From positions 29,574,001 through 29,638,000 of the forward strand of contig NC_092353.1 of the NCBI RefSeq assembly GCF_963676685.1: a stretch of 64,000 bases of DNA, given 5' to 3'. Source of the stretch: Mytilus edulis (lineage: Eukaryota). The translations under genes and the position numbers were made by a program. Below, piece after piece: positions 36,985 through 49,646 of the stretch. Under the pieces are notes generated by a model, which was not told where the DNA came from, ran no database searches, and saw only the letters and a program-made list of their open reading frames with translations. Within the stretch, counting starts at the first letter, position 1. Each line of letters opens with the position of its first letter.

Positions 36985-37900
36985 CATTTTTCACGAACGA
37001 CAAGCGTTTCGTTTTAATAAAACCCACAGTGGCATTCGAAAAAATACTCAGATGAATCCAATACGCAGTTCAAGATCATTGAAGGCCACAAAATCATTAA
37101 AAAGTTGTGCATTATGCAGTTAAAAACATTCATTATTTCATAAACAGATCATTTACAGGAAATAATACATTTCATGTCACCACAAAAATTTTAATTACTC
37201 GACTGGTGATGATAGCCTAGAGGACCAAACACCAACAAGGGCATCCGCCAATGGTTGTAAAAACTAAAACATAAGAGAATTTAAAGTTGGTACGCCAGAT
37301 GCCCGTTTCGTCTTTACAAGACTCGGCAGCGCCGTCGAAATAAAATAGTTGGATGGACAATTCAAAGAGCATAAAATACTGCAAATAGATATAGGAAGAT
37401 GTGATGTGAGTGCCAATAAGACAACTCCCCATCCAAAAAAACAATTTATAAAAGTAAACCATTAAAGGTCAATGTACGGCCTTCAACACGGAGCCTTGGC
37501 TCACACCGAACAAAAAGCCACAAAGTCTCGATTCGACTAGGGCAGTTAACAACATCCTTAGTGTTTCAAATAACTCATCATTTTATAAGATTAATTTACA
37601 GAAATATGAACTCATCAACGATATTTCAAGTTAACATAATGATGACTATTCGGCTGGTGATGATACCATCAGGGATGAAACGTCCATCAACAGGAGAATC
37701 GACAAAGAATTTCTCAAAAATACAAGTCTATCAATTTAAATAAATAGTTTGAAATGCATACCACTCATCATTGGCGCTCGATTAAACCAGTTAGAATGCC
37801 AACATCATCAAATACAAATTTGAAGAGCAATTAAAACTGTGCATCGGAAAGATCCTACCAAATACAGCAAAGGCAAACGATGCCTTAGGTAGAATACAAT
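36985..37900 (-). mobile_element. Decayed head-to-tail array (~3 monomers) of hammerhead-retrozyme-like repeats, interrupted by a family-B fragment (37386-37520)
   Basis: Recurring degenerate motifs: gcgtttcg..., ctggtgatgata...gga(c/t)..aaac (37203, 37654), tacgccagatgcccgtttcgtc (37291), actcatca..ggcgctcg (37763). Confidence 0.6.
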
Positions 37901-38273
37901 TCTAAAGTGTAACGAAATTTCAACAGTCTTTCATATTCTCAATCAGACACGCTCGTGATCGTTAATTGGTTATCATGGCAAAGATAAGAGTATCAAATTA
38001 CAAAACGGCAAAATAGAAAAATCAAACTATTATTTTAGGTCTACGTAGCCCAAGGAAGTTGCAACTGAAGATTTGAAGATAAAGGACAATGGCATTACTT
38101 ACTGAAGAAATTCGAAGATTAAAATACATCATTTCAATTATACCAACAATGAAGAATCGCACATTTTAAATCATTGACTTTAAAATTATTGAGTTGGGAA
38201 ATGTTTTGTTTCTTTGATAATAAATTTTATAAAGCTAGTGATGCTTGATGTTTGATCATCATCTTTTTCAAAG

Positions 38274-38620
38274 ATATAAATTAAAAAATCAACAGGCCAC
38301 TCACAGCCACTACCTCGCTAGTTACCAGCAAAGAAGGTACAACCGTGTTTTAGGCTACCGGCACTTCATTATAAAGAATCGAACTGTCTCACAAACTACT
38401 AGTACTATAACGACAAGCACAGACGCAACTACCATCTTGCAAGTGATTATACTAGCACAACCGTGTAGCTGACTATTGGTAAAACTGTATCAAGCGACGA
38501 AGGTGCAGAGGTATCAAAGATTATTAGAACTACTACTGAAACAAAGATACACACAATTGCAACATCATCCTCGCACCGGAGGTGTAACCGTCTTCAAACT
38601 AATGAAGCATGTTTGTACAA
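38274..38620 (+). pseudogene. Possible decayed Thr/Ser-rich (mucin-like) coding exon
   Basis: Consecutive frames give TATTSLVTSKEGTTVF*ATGTS, TVSQTTSTITTSTDATTI and SDYTSTTV*LTIGKTVSSDEGAEVSKIIRTTTETKIHTIATSSS, with stops and frameshifts; composition is less AT-rich than the flanks. Confidence 0.4.
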
Positions 38621-40427
38621 ACTCACCAACGAAACGAAGCATACGTTTACAGAAAATATAGATCATTGAAGACCATTTAAACACAGGAATTCTCACAACT
38701 GCTTCGAAATCATATGTTAGAGTTCTCTCATGGAATTATCTTGATACTAATACTTGAAACTTTAAATCAATGAAAGATGCTGATTTGATAAATTCTAATG
38801 GTACTCTTCAATCTTGATCGATATGTATATGTATATCTTGATGGCTAAATGTCCTGTTTGGTGTTATTTACATGTCTATTTCATTGCAGTATATAATACA
38901 TGTTGACAATGTTTGATGGTAATTGGTTTTAAGCAACGGCAATTCATAACGAAATTATGACTTTTTTTTTGATTGACATAAAGTCAAATTGAATACATTA
39001 ACTATAACACAGCAGAAATAGACTGTTTGACGTAAATCATACAAATATTAAAGTACCTTTACACTGTTCATACTGGAATAATTAAATTAAATACAGTAAA
39101 TAATTCACGTAATTATTTGTCCATAGTCTGACTTAACTTGTCAAATTAAAGAAAAACCACTGTCGTATGAACTTGCATTTCATACCATAAATGCAGATGA
39201 CATACTTTCGTATTAGGCACAGAATGGCCCGTCTGAACGCATTATGTATTCAGAAATAACTTTTCTTCATAATTGTCAATATATATTCCTATTTACAAGG
39301 TTATTTACACAGAAGTTAGAAACCTTAAGTCCCTTGTGAATTCAAGTCGGCAAAGAAAGTATTTACTGCTACAGTCTAAATGATAAAGCCACGGTGTAAA
39401 TATTCAACAGTTCGCTTTCTTCCTACTTGTCAATATATTCTTATTTACAAGGCTATTTATACACAGAAATTATAAATCGTCTTCCCAAGTGATTTTTTTC
39501 AGCAATAGGTACTTTAAGAGTCTGAATAAGCCGTTAAAGGTTTAAAGTCCAATGCCATTAAGAAAAAAATAAAACAGAAAAAAACACTTAGTGTCGAAAG
39601 ATAGTAATTATGTTCAGACGTTGCACTTTTGCTGATATAATTTGGTAATGTGATAGCAGCTGATATAAATGACGGTACATATGTCTGTATTTTGTTACTG
39701 AAACTATGAGTGATATTTATATATGGTCCTTTTTATCAGAAGATAGAATGATTTGTTTAAGCCGACTGTGTGAAGTTATTAGAAACAGAATAACAGCTAC
39801 GCAAGATGATATATTATAAATGAACATCATCGAGATGAGTAAGTTACATTGTTTCTCTTACCTTTCCGATGTCTCGTCAGTAACCGAGGATATATAACAG
39901 TTGCAATATGTATAATAATATCGGATTGACGCCAATATCAATTTCAACTATTTGTTATTATATCCGATGGACGTCCACATAAATGTTTCTTGGAGACGAC
40001 GAATGTTTATCTCAGCCTTGCCTAATTGTCTGAAGCATTCAACCATAAAATGAGACATAATCCTGAAAAACATACCATCTATTAACGTTAGTTTTGTGTT
40101 CCAATTAAACGTTGAAATATTAATAAATTATAATGTAACGACACCTGTATTCTACACTTAATCACCTACAATGTATCTGAGTTTCTTGAAAGTAACGGTA
40201 TGCGTAGGTTCGTATATGCTTCAGCATTTGCTGAATTATGACTTTTTAACACAACTTAAACATTGAACAAATATAAAAAAGGAGATGTAGTATAATTGCC
40301 AATGAGACAACTATCCACCAAAATTCTAAAGAAGTTCAGCATCAATTTTGTCATAAACTTATTGTTAATGATATACTGTTGCACTTACACTGCTGTTATC
40401 ATCAATATTTCTATCACATTATGAATC

Positions 40428-40660
40428 AATCGTTTACAAAACTTTGAATTATTTGAAAAACTAATGCTTTCCTACCTCAGGAATATATTACCTTAGTTGT
40501 ATTTTGCAAAGAATTTTTGGTCTGCAATGCACTTCAACTTCTTACTTTATTTAACCGTTTTAGCCCTTTTTATTCGAACGTCACCAGTGAGTTGTTTGTA
40601 GACGATACTCGCGTCTGGGAAACATACAACATTTAAATCTTTGTATCTATCTTTAGTTTA
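40428..40660 (+). mobile_element. Degenerate hammerhead-retrozyme relative (another remnant at ~13750-13865)
   Basis: aaactttgaattatttgaaaaactaa...attaccttag...caatgcacttcaactt...cgtcaccagtgagttgtttgtagacgatactcgcgtctgg; core degenerate. Confidence 0.65.
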
Positions 40661-43600
40661 AACACGAATAAACACCAATTAATCATAACAAAAATCACAA
40701 ACAGAGATAAGGCGTTTTTATGTATATCATTTTGTAGTCTTCGTAATACAACAACAGATTTATAAAGATCAGTGAAGATTTAAATCAGCTTAATTTCGAA
40801 ATTTTTATTTTGTAAGATGAAGTTTATATTGTTTAAGACTAGCTGTAAAATCAATCTGAACAAATTGAATCATCAAATCTATTATATTGCAAAGTGAATT
40901 GTATGCATGCATTTTATTTTGACGGAACAATTCGTCTACATTTCAAAAGCATAATCTATTATATGACAGGTTTGTTATATTTATGATTGATAACATATCT
41001 GTTGACATTTACGAAATTCTGCTGCAACTTGATACATATTGATTACATTTGTGTAAATATGCTCTCCTTGTCAGCAGTTCTTATCCTTTTGTCTATAGAA
41101 GAGAATCTTAGAATTAATCTCTTGACACTCCGTTTATTTTATGTAGTTTTCATCGTTTACGTGTCGATTTGTGACACAACATTTTGCTTTCTTGCAAAAC
41201 TAGACCAAACTAAACTTTACAGGTACGCATTTTGCAATATTTCAAATTGACAAACCTTTTTTCGTACTATTCATTTCATGAATAAAAAGACTAAATTTTC
41301 AGTTAAGCTTTATATAAGTGCGTCATTCTGCAACACGTATCTCTACAAACAAAAAAGTTTCCTTCCAAAGGACTTATTCCATCTGCAATTACGAATAAAT
41401 TTCAAATAAACAACAATCTCAATAATTTGACTAACGAGAGTTTGTTACATTAGATTGTAGCCGATATAACTGGCGCAATGATAAATACCTTTTACTCAAT
41501 ATTTGATGCATTTAAACCAGTTTTGACCATTTTTGTTTTTACATATTTATAGATGAAGGCGATAACAATAGTTTACCAACTTTCAAGTCTCACGAATCGA
41601 TTAAGGAAAAAAAACGGTAAATATTGCATTACACTCAAAAGGATAAAAAAAAAATGGATGCATGAGCATGGTAATCGTTTATTGCTCTGTTTGTATCTGA
41701 CACACTATATGTTGATTTTATTTTTCTCATATGATTACCAAACATATTCGTTCGTAACATTCTGAATGAACGAGGATGTTAAATTTGATATATACCTTTT
41801 TTGCTTATTTGTTACATATTTATTTCTTTGTATAGTGATTAAGATTATAACACACTGTTGGATGTTGTTCCCTTATTTTTGACATTTTTACCTATTACAT
41901 TTTTATGTCTATTTGTTTAGACCCCGCATCGTTGTCAATATAATGGAATTTGATGCTACTGTCATACAAGTGAGAGATTAAACTACCTATAAAACCAGAT
42001 TCAATCCACCATTTTCTAAATAAGAAAATGCCTGTACCATTTCAGGAATATGACAAATGTTATTCATTCATTTAATGTGTTATTGTATGCAAATGTACGC
42101 TAACGATTATTTATGAAACGTTAGCCTGTTCATATCCCTGTATTAGGATGAAAAGTGTGTTTGTAAACGGCAATAATTTAGTCACGTTAAAATTAAAACA
42201 TAGTTTATATTTCCACCTTCCAAAATATAAGGCAAATGAAGATTTTGACCCATATAACATGTACCAGTATCTGTGTCAGCTCAATCCTCCTTCATATTAC
42301 ATAACACAAGATTCGTTATTCCTTTTGTTTCTCTGAAGTCTTAATTAATAAATCTTCCTTTTATGCACTATAAAGCGATTAGTCTAATAGATTCCTTATT
42401 CCGACAAATAATTCTTATACCATAGTACTTGGATAATATAATATCCTCATCTATATTCACTGAGTTTTATATATGACATTTAGCGTTAATTTTCTTTAAT
42501 GTAAAGTATTTTTTATGATTCATACTATAAATAATAGCGGATATCGATGTTTTGGATCTTAAAGATCTGCCATCAATACCAAGTTTTCCACATTATGAAA
42601 ACAGGGGAAGTTTAAATACGGAGAAAAGGGAAGAACTATATTACCTAAAAAGTATAAAAAAGGCAAAATTTATTAAAAGTCCTCTATGCCTGATAGAGTT
42701 CGAACCTTAGTTTCCTAGAAATTTAATAGTTTTTCAAAGATAAATTTTAGACACTATGCTGTAAATTATGTCGGTACCTTATTGCTCCACGTTTAATCAT
42801 CAGTGAGCTTTTATGGAGTACAAAACGGTAAACCGATTACTCTCACTTGCTCGTAGCTATTTACATCTTAAGATAGGTGTTTTAATGTCAACAATATCTC
42901 AACTCCTTACTTGTTGTTGCTTTTCTTTTAAATACTGACCTTCCTTGCATGGCATAGCATTGCATAGAAAGTGACATTGACTTTATTGCATTATCGCGTT
43001 GTTCCCTTGTAAATCATCTTAAAAACAATTTATAACCTCAATATTCAGAGCATATTGATGTTCTTGTTAATATGTCTACACAAAAGATGAGCAATGGATT
43101 TTCACGACATAAATGTTGTATATCAGTCTGGTTTTACTGATGTTGACGTGTTAATACTTTTCTTTTGCAATTTATATTCAATATAAAAAAAAGAATCTTT
43201 ATATAAAAGCCATTCATGATTTGAAAAAGTTTGCAACTATAAAATGTCAAAATGAATAGTGCTTTCTGTTTACTGTCCAATAAACAGACAAAAAGCAAAT
43301 TAGATAATTGTAATTCTGTTTAGTAGGTGCCCATTAAACCTTTTTACTTATTTGTTATATTGAAACTCATACCTATTACCTTATTCTCATGCTGATATTC
43401 AACATATAGTAGCTAGGAAAATATTTATAACTGACCGTTTTGGATATCGAATTCACAATTCAAACATTGAGTTCCAAATATTGTATCACGAAAGATACTT
43501 TAATTCTTTTTAGTTTGAACCTACTTAAGCACGTAAAAGTATATTTTTTCTGCTCTTGTTATGATGCAACTTGGATAAAAATTGTACATATTTGGATTTA

Positions 43601-46600
43601 TTTGTTTTCTCTGTTACCTTTTTCTCATATAAATGACAATTTGGTGTCCGTTCTAAGGATGCTCATTGATAAGCCGATATCACCTGTTTTATCTGTCGTA
43701 CATTATTTTGTTTCTGCTGCAGTTAATGGATTCTATAGATACATGTAATTATTTTCTATTTGAACTTGTATCACTTTTTGATTCATAAATCAGAATTGAA
43801 TATCATGGGAAATGCGCTGTCCTAAATTTGTTGTGTCGTTTCTTTTAATTTGACATTATTTATAGTTTCGAACTAATCAGCATAAAACTGATCTTCAATT
43901 ATTAATATTGTTTTCATGACAACGAAAAAGCCAACTATTTTTACACCAGGAAGACGAATTGATTCACAGCACGTCAATGGTCCATATTGGTATTTTTTTC
44001 ATATTTGATTTATAAAACTATGAAACACCAAAGTTCATGCGGTTTAGGACTGATATGTGAAAACACCCAAGACTGTATGGTATATGGGCACTTTAAAATT
44101 TATGTTTGTTGATGACGCGCTTTTAAAATAGCTGTTTATAGTTTGGTTAATCCAGCCTTTTGGACGAACAAAAGTAATAAACTGCTATTCTGTTGACGAT
44201 CTAACAAAATTATTTACAGTAAATGAACACATGATGCCTGGTTTAAAAACATGCAGTATTAAAAACGACAGTGGTTGTTTGGTATATTTTTTCCCTAATG
44301 TAGCATTAAAGTTTGTGTCATGAATATCATCGGAAAATGTGTTTGCTTTAGAGGATTGAAATATGTTTTACTGGAAGTCGATCATTTATCTTTTCTCTAC
44401 ATCTAGTCTCAAAATATATTTTAATCCTTTAATGCATTGCTTTTGTCGTAAATCAAATTGCCTATTCGTAAACTGCCGTTATGTTTTATGATATATCACC
44501 ATTGTTCAATATTTTTACCTAATAATGAATTCTATTTCAATGCAAATCCGGTAATTAAATGTACAAGTGAAAAACAGAATTGGCATAAAAATTAGACAAT
44601 ATGACGTGAAATTTTAAGTTCAGCTATACTTATTACTTTCAGAGTAATGTCAGTTCAACGAATGCAACAACGTAACCTAATTAGATATACTACATAACAC
44701 AGGTTGAAGATTAAAATAAGTTTCATTAAAAGCTTTGCTATTTGTCTGAACCAATAATTGCTTGCAGTATAAAGAATTATCTGTCTAATTTAAATATTTC
44801 TGGTCACAGTATTGCAGCTTTGTAGTAGTTTGTGCTTACCACTGATACTTATTTATAACAAGACGAGAACATTACAGAAAACCCGCAAAAGTTTATAACG
44901 ATTTACGTTTACAAACACCAAATTCATATTTTTTACCATCTGTGTTTTCCTTGATCATAAGCATAAAAATATTTGATGGATTTTCTTTTTCAATTCAAAC
45001 CGTGTACCAAATTGTAAACCTAAAGAAATGTGTAGCAAAGTTTTATATCGTTACAACCATTAACAAGGACAGTTTTACGATTTGACCGATCATAAAACAA
45101 AAAACTATAATAAACTATTTTTCTGTTAAGTCACATTGTTTCAAGATTTAAGCTATATAATGGATTTCCATTGTTTTTAAGGTATTTCACATTTTTTTAA
45201 GTTACTTTTATCTAAACATATTTACAACATAGTTGTTTATGTTCTCTCAACTTGCATTTTACGTCTTTCATAACAAAATTAAGTTATTAAAGCCTAAAGG
45301 TTCTTGATGATTTCTTTTCAAGGATAAACATAAAAATTAATGAAAAGGTAATGTTTAAAAAGTTGATTAAATAAAAGATAACAATGTGTTGGTAAAGCTA
45401 CATTTGACGCCTTCCAATTTCTGCGGTCGTGGGATTTAGAGAATTTGACATATGGTAAAGCTACGTGCATTAATTTCTGTTGTATAGTAAAGCGACAAGA
45501 ATCACAAAAAGGCGTAGATACCAAAAGAATATCCGAAACTGTCAATGCTACGTCAAAACAAAAAAAGATACACGACGAACAATTTGTCATAATGAACAAA
45601 ATCCGGAGGTGAACTCCCTCCGGTTCTCAAGAAATGCAAGCAGTATCTGATCTACATGAGCTGCAAGTCTGGTGATCCCATTCGCATTCGGTGATGCCAC
45701 AATCAAGGTGAAAAGAATGGGATAATGGTTACAGCAAATTGAACTTTTCCGTGATTATTTGAGTCAATACAATTTTGATGGCTTCTGTTATATTTTTAGA
45801 ATCGTATTAATTTTTCGTTCCTAGTTTGCACCTTTCTAATATACCAATAGAAATCTTTGCCTTTTCTGCACATGTTATACAGTAACAGAGATGACTGTAT
45901 TCTTGATATATTTGTTCATTTGTTTTCTGTTTAACCGTTTTATCGTAGAATTGACCACTCTTTGTTCTTTATAAAGAGACTTATTAAAAAGTCTAGATCA
46001 TTTGTTTTACTTGTCTGTCTTTCTCTACTGCAAAGATCTAGAATTAATTTAATCTAGCGTATATCACATATTGATTTAAAGTCAAATATATAGACATAAA
46101 TCAACACTGAATCACACAGGGACATGGCTGACCTAAATTTACTGTGTCCTTCCATTTGAAAAAAATCTTTTGACAATATTTGCAGTTTAGCACTCATTAG
46201 CTCATTTTCAATCTGTTGTACGATTTTTATGATAACAAATAAGCAAACACATTTGTGGTATAAAACATCAGACAAGCACATTGATTCATAGTACGAGGAT
46301 GTTCTATCTTTCATAGTATTTTCATAACTTTTATTTAGAGCAGTGTTTAATTAAAAGATTTTTTTTAAGTCATTAGGTTTAGAACTAAATATAAACTAAC
46401 ATTAGACTACACAATATAAGACTCTTTTAAACTTTGTATTGATGAATATGACATACAAATGTTAAGCTATTGTCAACACAATTGTATAACGGCAAAATAT
46501 TCTTAAAAGCAGAAAAAGGATGAAATTTTTGAAACAATCAGCATGATATTGAAATAAAGCATCTTACCAGCAATCTGTTAAATACAATTACGTCAGCTGG

Positions 46601-46876
46601 TGTAAAAATTATGAAAAATTAATGGGTTCATAAATTGCGTTCTCTTATTATAATGAGAACACTTTGTTCATCATATTTATTTGTACGGACTAGGTAAAAA
46701 AATTATACAACACCTCAACCATACAAATATCTTATTTTCAATATCTGACTTGATCAAACATTTTGGTTTGAATAATAGGAATCGGATTTATAAAACAGGA
46801 AGTATCTTAAATCATTAAAAGAAGAACGTTAGGAATTATACAAAAAAAAAGACAACAGTAGCATTCCGCAGTTTAA

Positions 46877-47280
46877 GTTGAAATCATCCCTTCGTAAATT
46901 TTACGGATGCCATCACGAGTTGGTTGACCGTTATGGAATAACCGTTTCACAAATGATATCGGATATGTTCCTTACGTCGTAACTACAATTCCCTTCCCTT
47001 TCATGAATGTGACCTACCGAATTAGACTATTTACCGGATTTGTAATCACATAAGCAACACGACGGGTGCCACATGTGAAGCAGTATCTGCTTACCCTTCC
47101 GGAGCACCTGAGATCACCCCTAGTTTATGGTGGGGTTCGTGTTGTTTATTCTTTAGTTTTCTATGTTGTGTCATGTGTACTATTGTTTTTCTGTTTGTCT
47201 TTTTCATTTTTAGCCATGGCGTTGTCAGTTTGTTTTTGATTTATGAGTTTGACTGTCCCTTTGGTATCTTTCGTCCCTCT
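46877..47280 (+). mobile_element. Short 5'-truncated copy of the same PLE (last RT codons plus 3' UTR), inserted after the duplication
   Basis: Near-identical to the reverse complement of 35437-35850. TTTAA at 46872-46876 and 47281-47285; absent from the paralogous site near 2895-2905. Confidence 0.9.
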
Positions 47281-47821
47281 TTTAATAGTCATAATCTATT
47301 AAATGAAATTAAACCGGGTCACAAACTAAAACGAAATACAAGAAGAAACAAACAGAACAACAGAAACACTAAACTGCTACACAAACAAACGCCAATATAC
47401 ATAAATCCTGACTATTTAATGACACCTGCCATATTAATGACTAGGTAAAGGACATTTTAAGACACAATTGTGAGTTGAACCTTGTTTTATAGCTAGCAAA
47501 ACCTTCCGCTTACATGACAAAGTTTAATATGTATATATTATTTGTTCAAAACGATGATATCTTTTATAAACATTAATTATAGGAGTATTAAAAAGATTAA
47601 ATAAAATAAGAAAGACAGAGATATTAGCTAAATGCAGACATTTGATTATAATAATATGCTTATCCAAAATAATTTGTCAAACGATGCATTCCGAGTATTA
47701 ATTACTGCCAAAAAAAAACCTTTATCTTATTATTTAATTTTTTTCTGTGAAGATAACATCCTTATGCTGGTGATATTCATACTAGTATATAGTCTTCCTT
47801 TCAAATTACCTTATGTTTAGT

Positions 47822-48063
47822 TAACGCATCAATGTAAATATAATGGAATTTGATGAGACTGTCATCAAAGTGAGAGGGTTAGCGCTATAAAACCAGGTTT
47901 AATCCACCATTTCTACATTTGAAAATGCCTGTACCAAGTCAGGAATATGACAGTTCTTGTCCATTCGTTTCTGATGCGTTTTGTTATTTGATTTTGCCAT
48001 GTGATTATGGACTTTCCGAATTGATTTTCCTCTGAGATCAGTATTTTTGTGATTTTACTTTTT
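47822..48063 (+). mobile_element. Interspersed short repeat family A inserted after the duplication (others: 1-97, 8470-8650/57280-57450, 14965-15105, 23730-23815, 28533-28860, 29930-29995, 32090-32290, 35165-35292, 41820-42080)
   Basis: Shared ...tgattttgccat..gat..ggactttcc...ttttcctc.gagttcagtatttttgtgattttactttt 3' end; absent at the paralogous site ~3450. Confidence 0.88.
47858..47954 (+). ncRNA. Candidate type-P5 twister ribozyme, family A
   Basis: RNA ACUGUCAU caaa GUGA GAGGG [uuagcgcuauaaaaccagguu] U|AA UCC AC CAUUU..AAAUG CCUG UACCAAGU CAGG aau AUGACAGU. 8-bp closing P5 stem, same P4/L4 and UAA; P2 is imperfect. Predicted cut between 47900 and 47901. Confidence 0.6.
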
Positions 48064-49317
48064 ATATAGCCTAATTAATTCGTAAAGTTTTTGTTAAATC
48101 AAGAAAATGCACAACAGACGCACCAACAGTCACAGTCACCGATTTGTTATAATTTTTTTCTAAATTAGCGATGAAGTTCGTGTCATAGATGTTATTTACA
48201 ATATATATGATGAGCTAGAAAGTTAAAATTAAGCTCAATTTCTGCAGAGTTCTTGCTTATATCATAGAGAAATGTTTTTTCTTTGAATATGTGTGAGAGA
48301 TTTTTTACTGGAAGTCCATAATTCGTCTATTCTCTATGTTAAGTTGGAAGTTTTGAAACACACTAACACGTTTATATGTTGCGTTTTTCCTCAATCAAAA
48401 TAGTATATTCGTAAATTGCCATTATGTTTTGTGAAATATCGTCATAATTTAACCTTTTGAGAAATTTCAATTAGGAAATTATTTAAAAAGCATGGTTCCT
48501 AATTAAATGCATGAGTGAAAAACAGAATTGGCACAAAAGAAAACAATTTACAGTAGGATTAAATTTAGCTATAATAAATACCTTCAGCGAAATGTCAGTT
48601 CAACGGATGCAGCAACATAATCTTATTAACTCGATTGGATAACACAGGTTGCAGATTAAAATCAGTTGCCATAAAATCATTACCTTGTCTGAATAAATTA
48701 TTGTTTTCAATAAACGAATTATCTATCTAATTATGATGTTTCTGTTCGTAAAAGTATCAGATCGAAGTATCTTGTGGTTGCGATTGATACTTATGTCTAA
48801 CAAAACATGACCAATATGGGAAAGAGTTCGAATCCAAACAAAAATGGTTGACGATATCGGTTGGAAAACATTAAAATACATTTTCACAATTTGTGGTTTC
48901 CTAGGTCACAAACATAAAGATAGAGTATTTGTTTTCCAATTAAAATTGTGTTCTTATGTATTCATGAGGAAACATTAAATACCATTTCGTACTTTTAATA
49001 CCATGACCATTTTTTGATAAAAATGATTTGAAATTTAAGGCTATGTAATGCATGTTAATTGCTTCAATGATCTTTCAACATACTCTCAATAAAATGCGTT
49101 AACAACAGAGTGCTTGTTTGTTCTCATTCTGCATTGTAAACTTACAAGGTTCTAATAGAATTTTTTCATGAATGAACAAAACAATAAATACTAAGTAATC
49201 TATATGCAACTGATTTGTTAAAATCAATCTATGTGTTCTTACTGATTGCTTCAGTTCATTTATTTGTTCTGAAATCGGTAAATGTTTGCTCTTCACAATA
49301 ACTTTCCAGAGTGTCAT

Positions 49318-49646
49318 AGTTATCAAAGGTACCAGGATTATAATTTAGTACGCCAGACGCGCGTTTTGTCTTCATAAGACTAACCAGTGACGCTGATATC
49401 AAAATAGTTATAAAGCCAAACAAGTACAAAGTTGAAGAGCATTGAGGATCCAAAATTCAAAAACGTTGTGCCAAATACGGCTAAGGTAATCTATGCCTGG
49501 GATAAGAAAATCATTACTTTTTCGAAAAATTCAAAGTTTTGTAAACAGGAAATTTATAAAATTGACCAATTATTAATATTCATGTCAACAACGAAGTGTT
49601 GACTACTGGGCAGGTGATACCCTCGGGGACGAAACGTCCACCAGCA
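49318..49646 (-). mobile_element. Hammerhead retrozyme copy with mutated core, inserted after the duplication
   Basis: Homologous to 23128-23457. TSD GTCAT at 49313-49317 and 49647-49651; empty site at ~5477-5482 (gtgtcatgtggg). Core reads CUGGUUA...GACAAAA, predicted inactive. Confidence 0.9.

Noticed and set aside
39861-40062. Minus-strand exon with good acceptor and donor and a 36-codon ORF
   Set aside because: All three frames are closed across the exon, there is no homology, and no partner exons were found.
47000-47045. SECIS element in the PLE 3' UTR (ATGA...AA...GA)
   Set aside because: Helix II cannot be paired between the ATGA and GA, and no in-frame TGA is present in the retained ORF.
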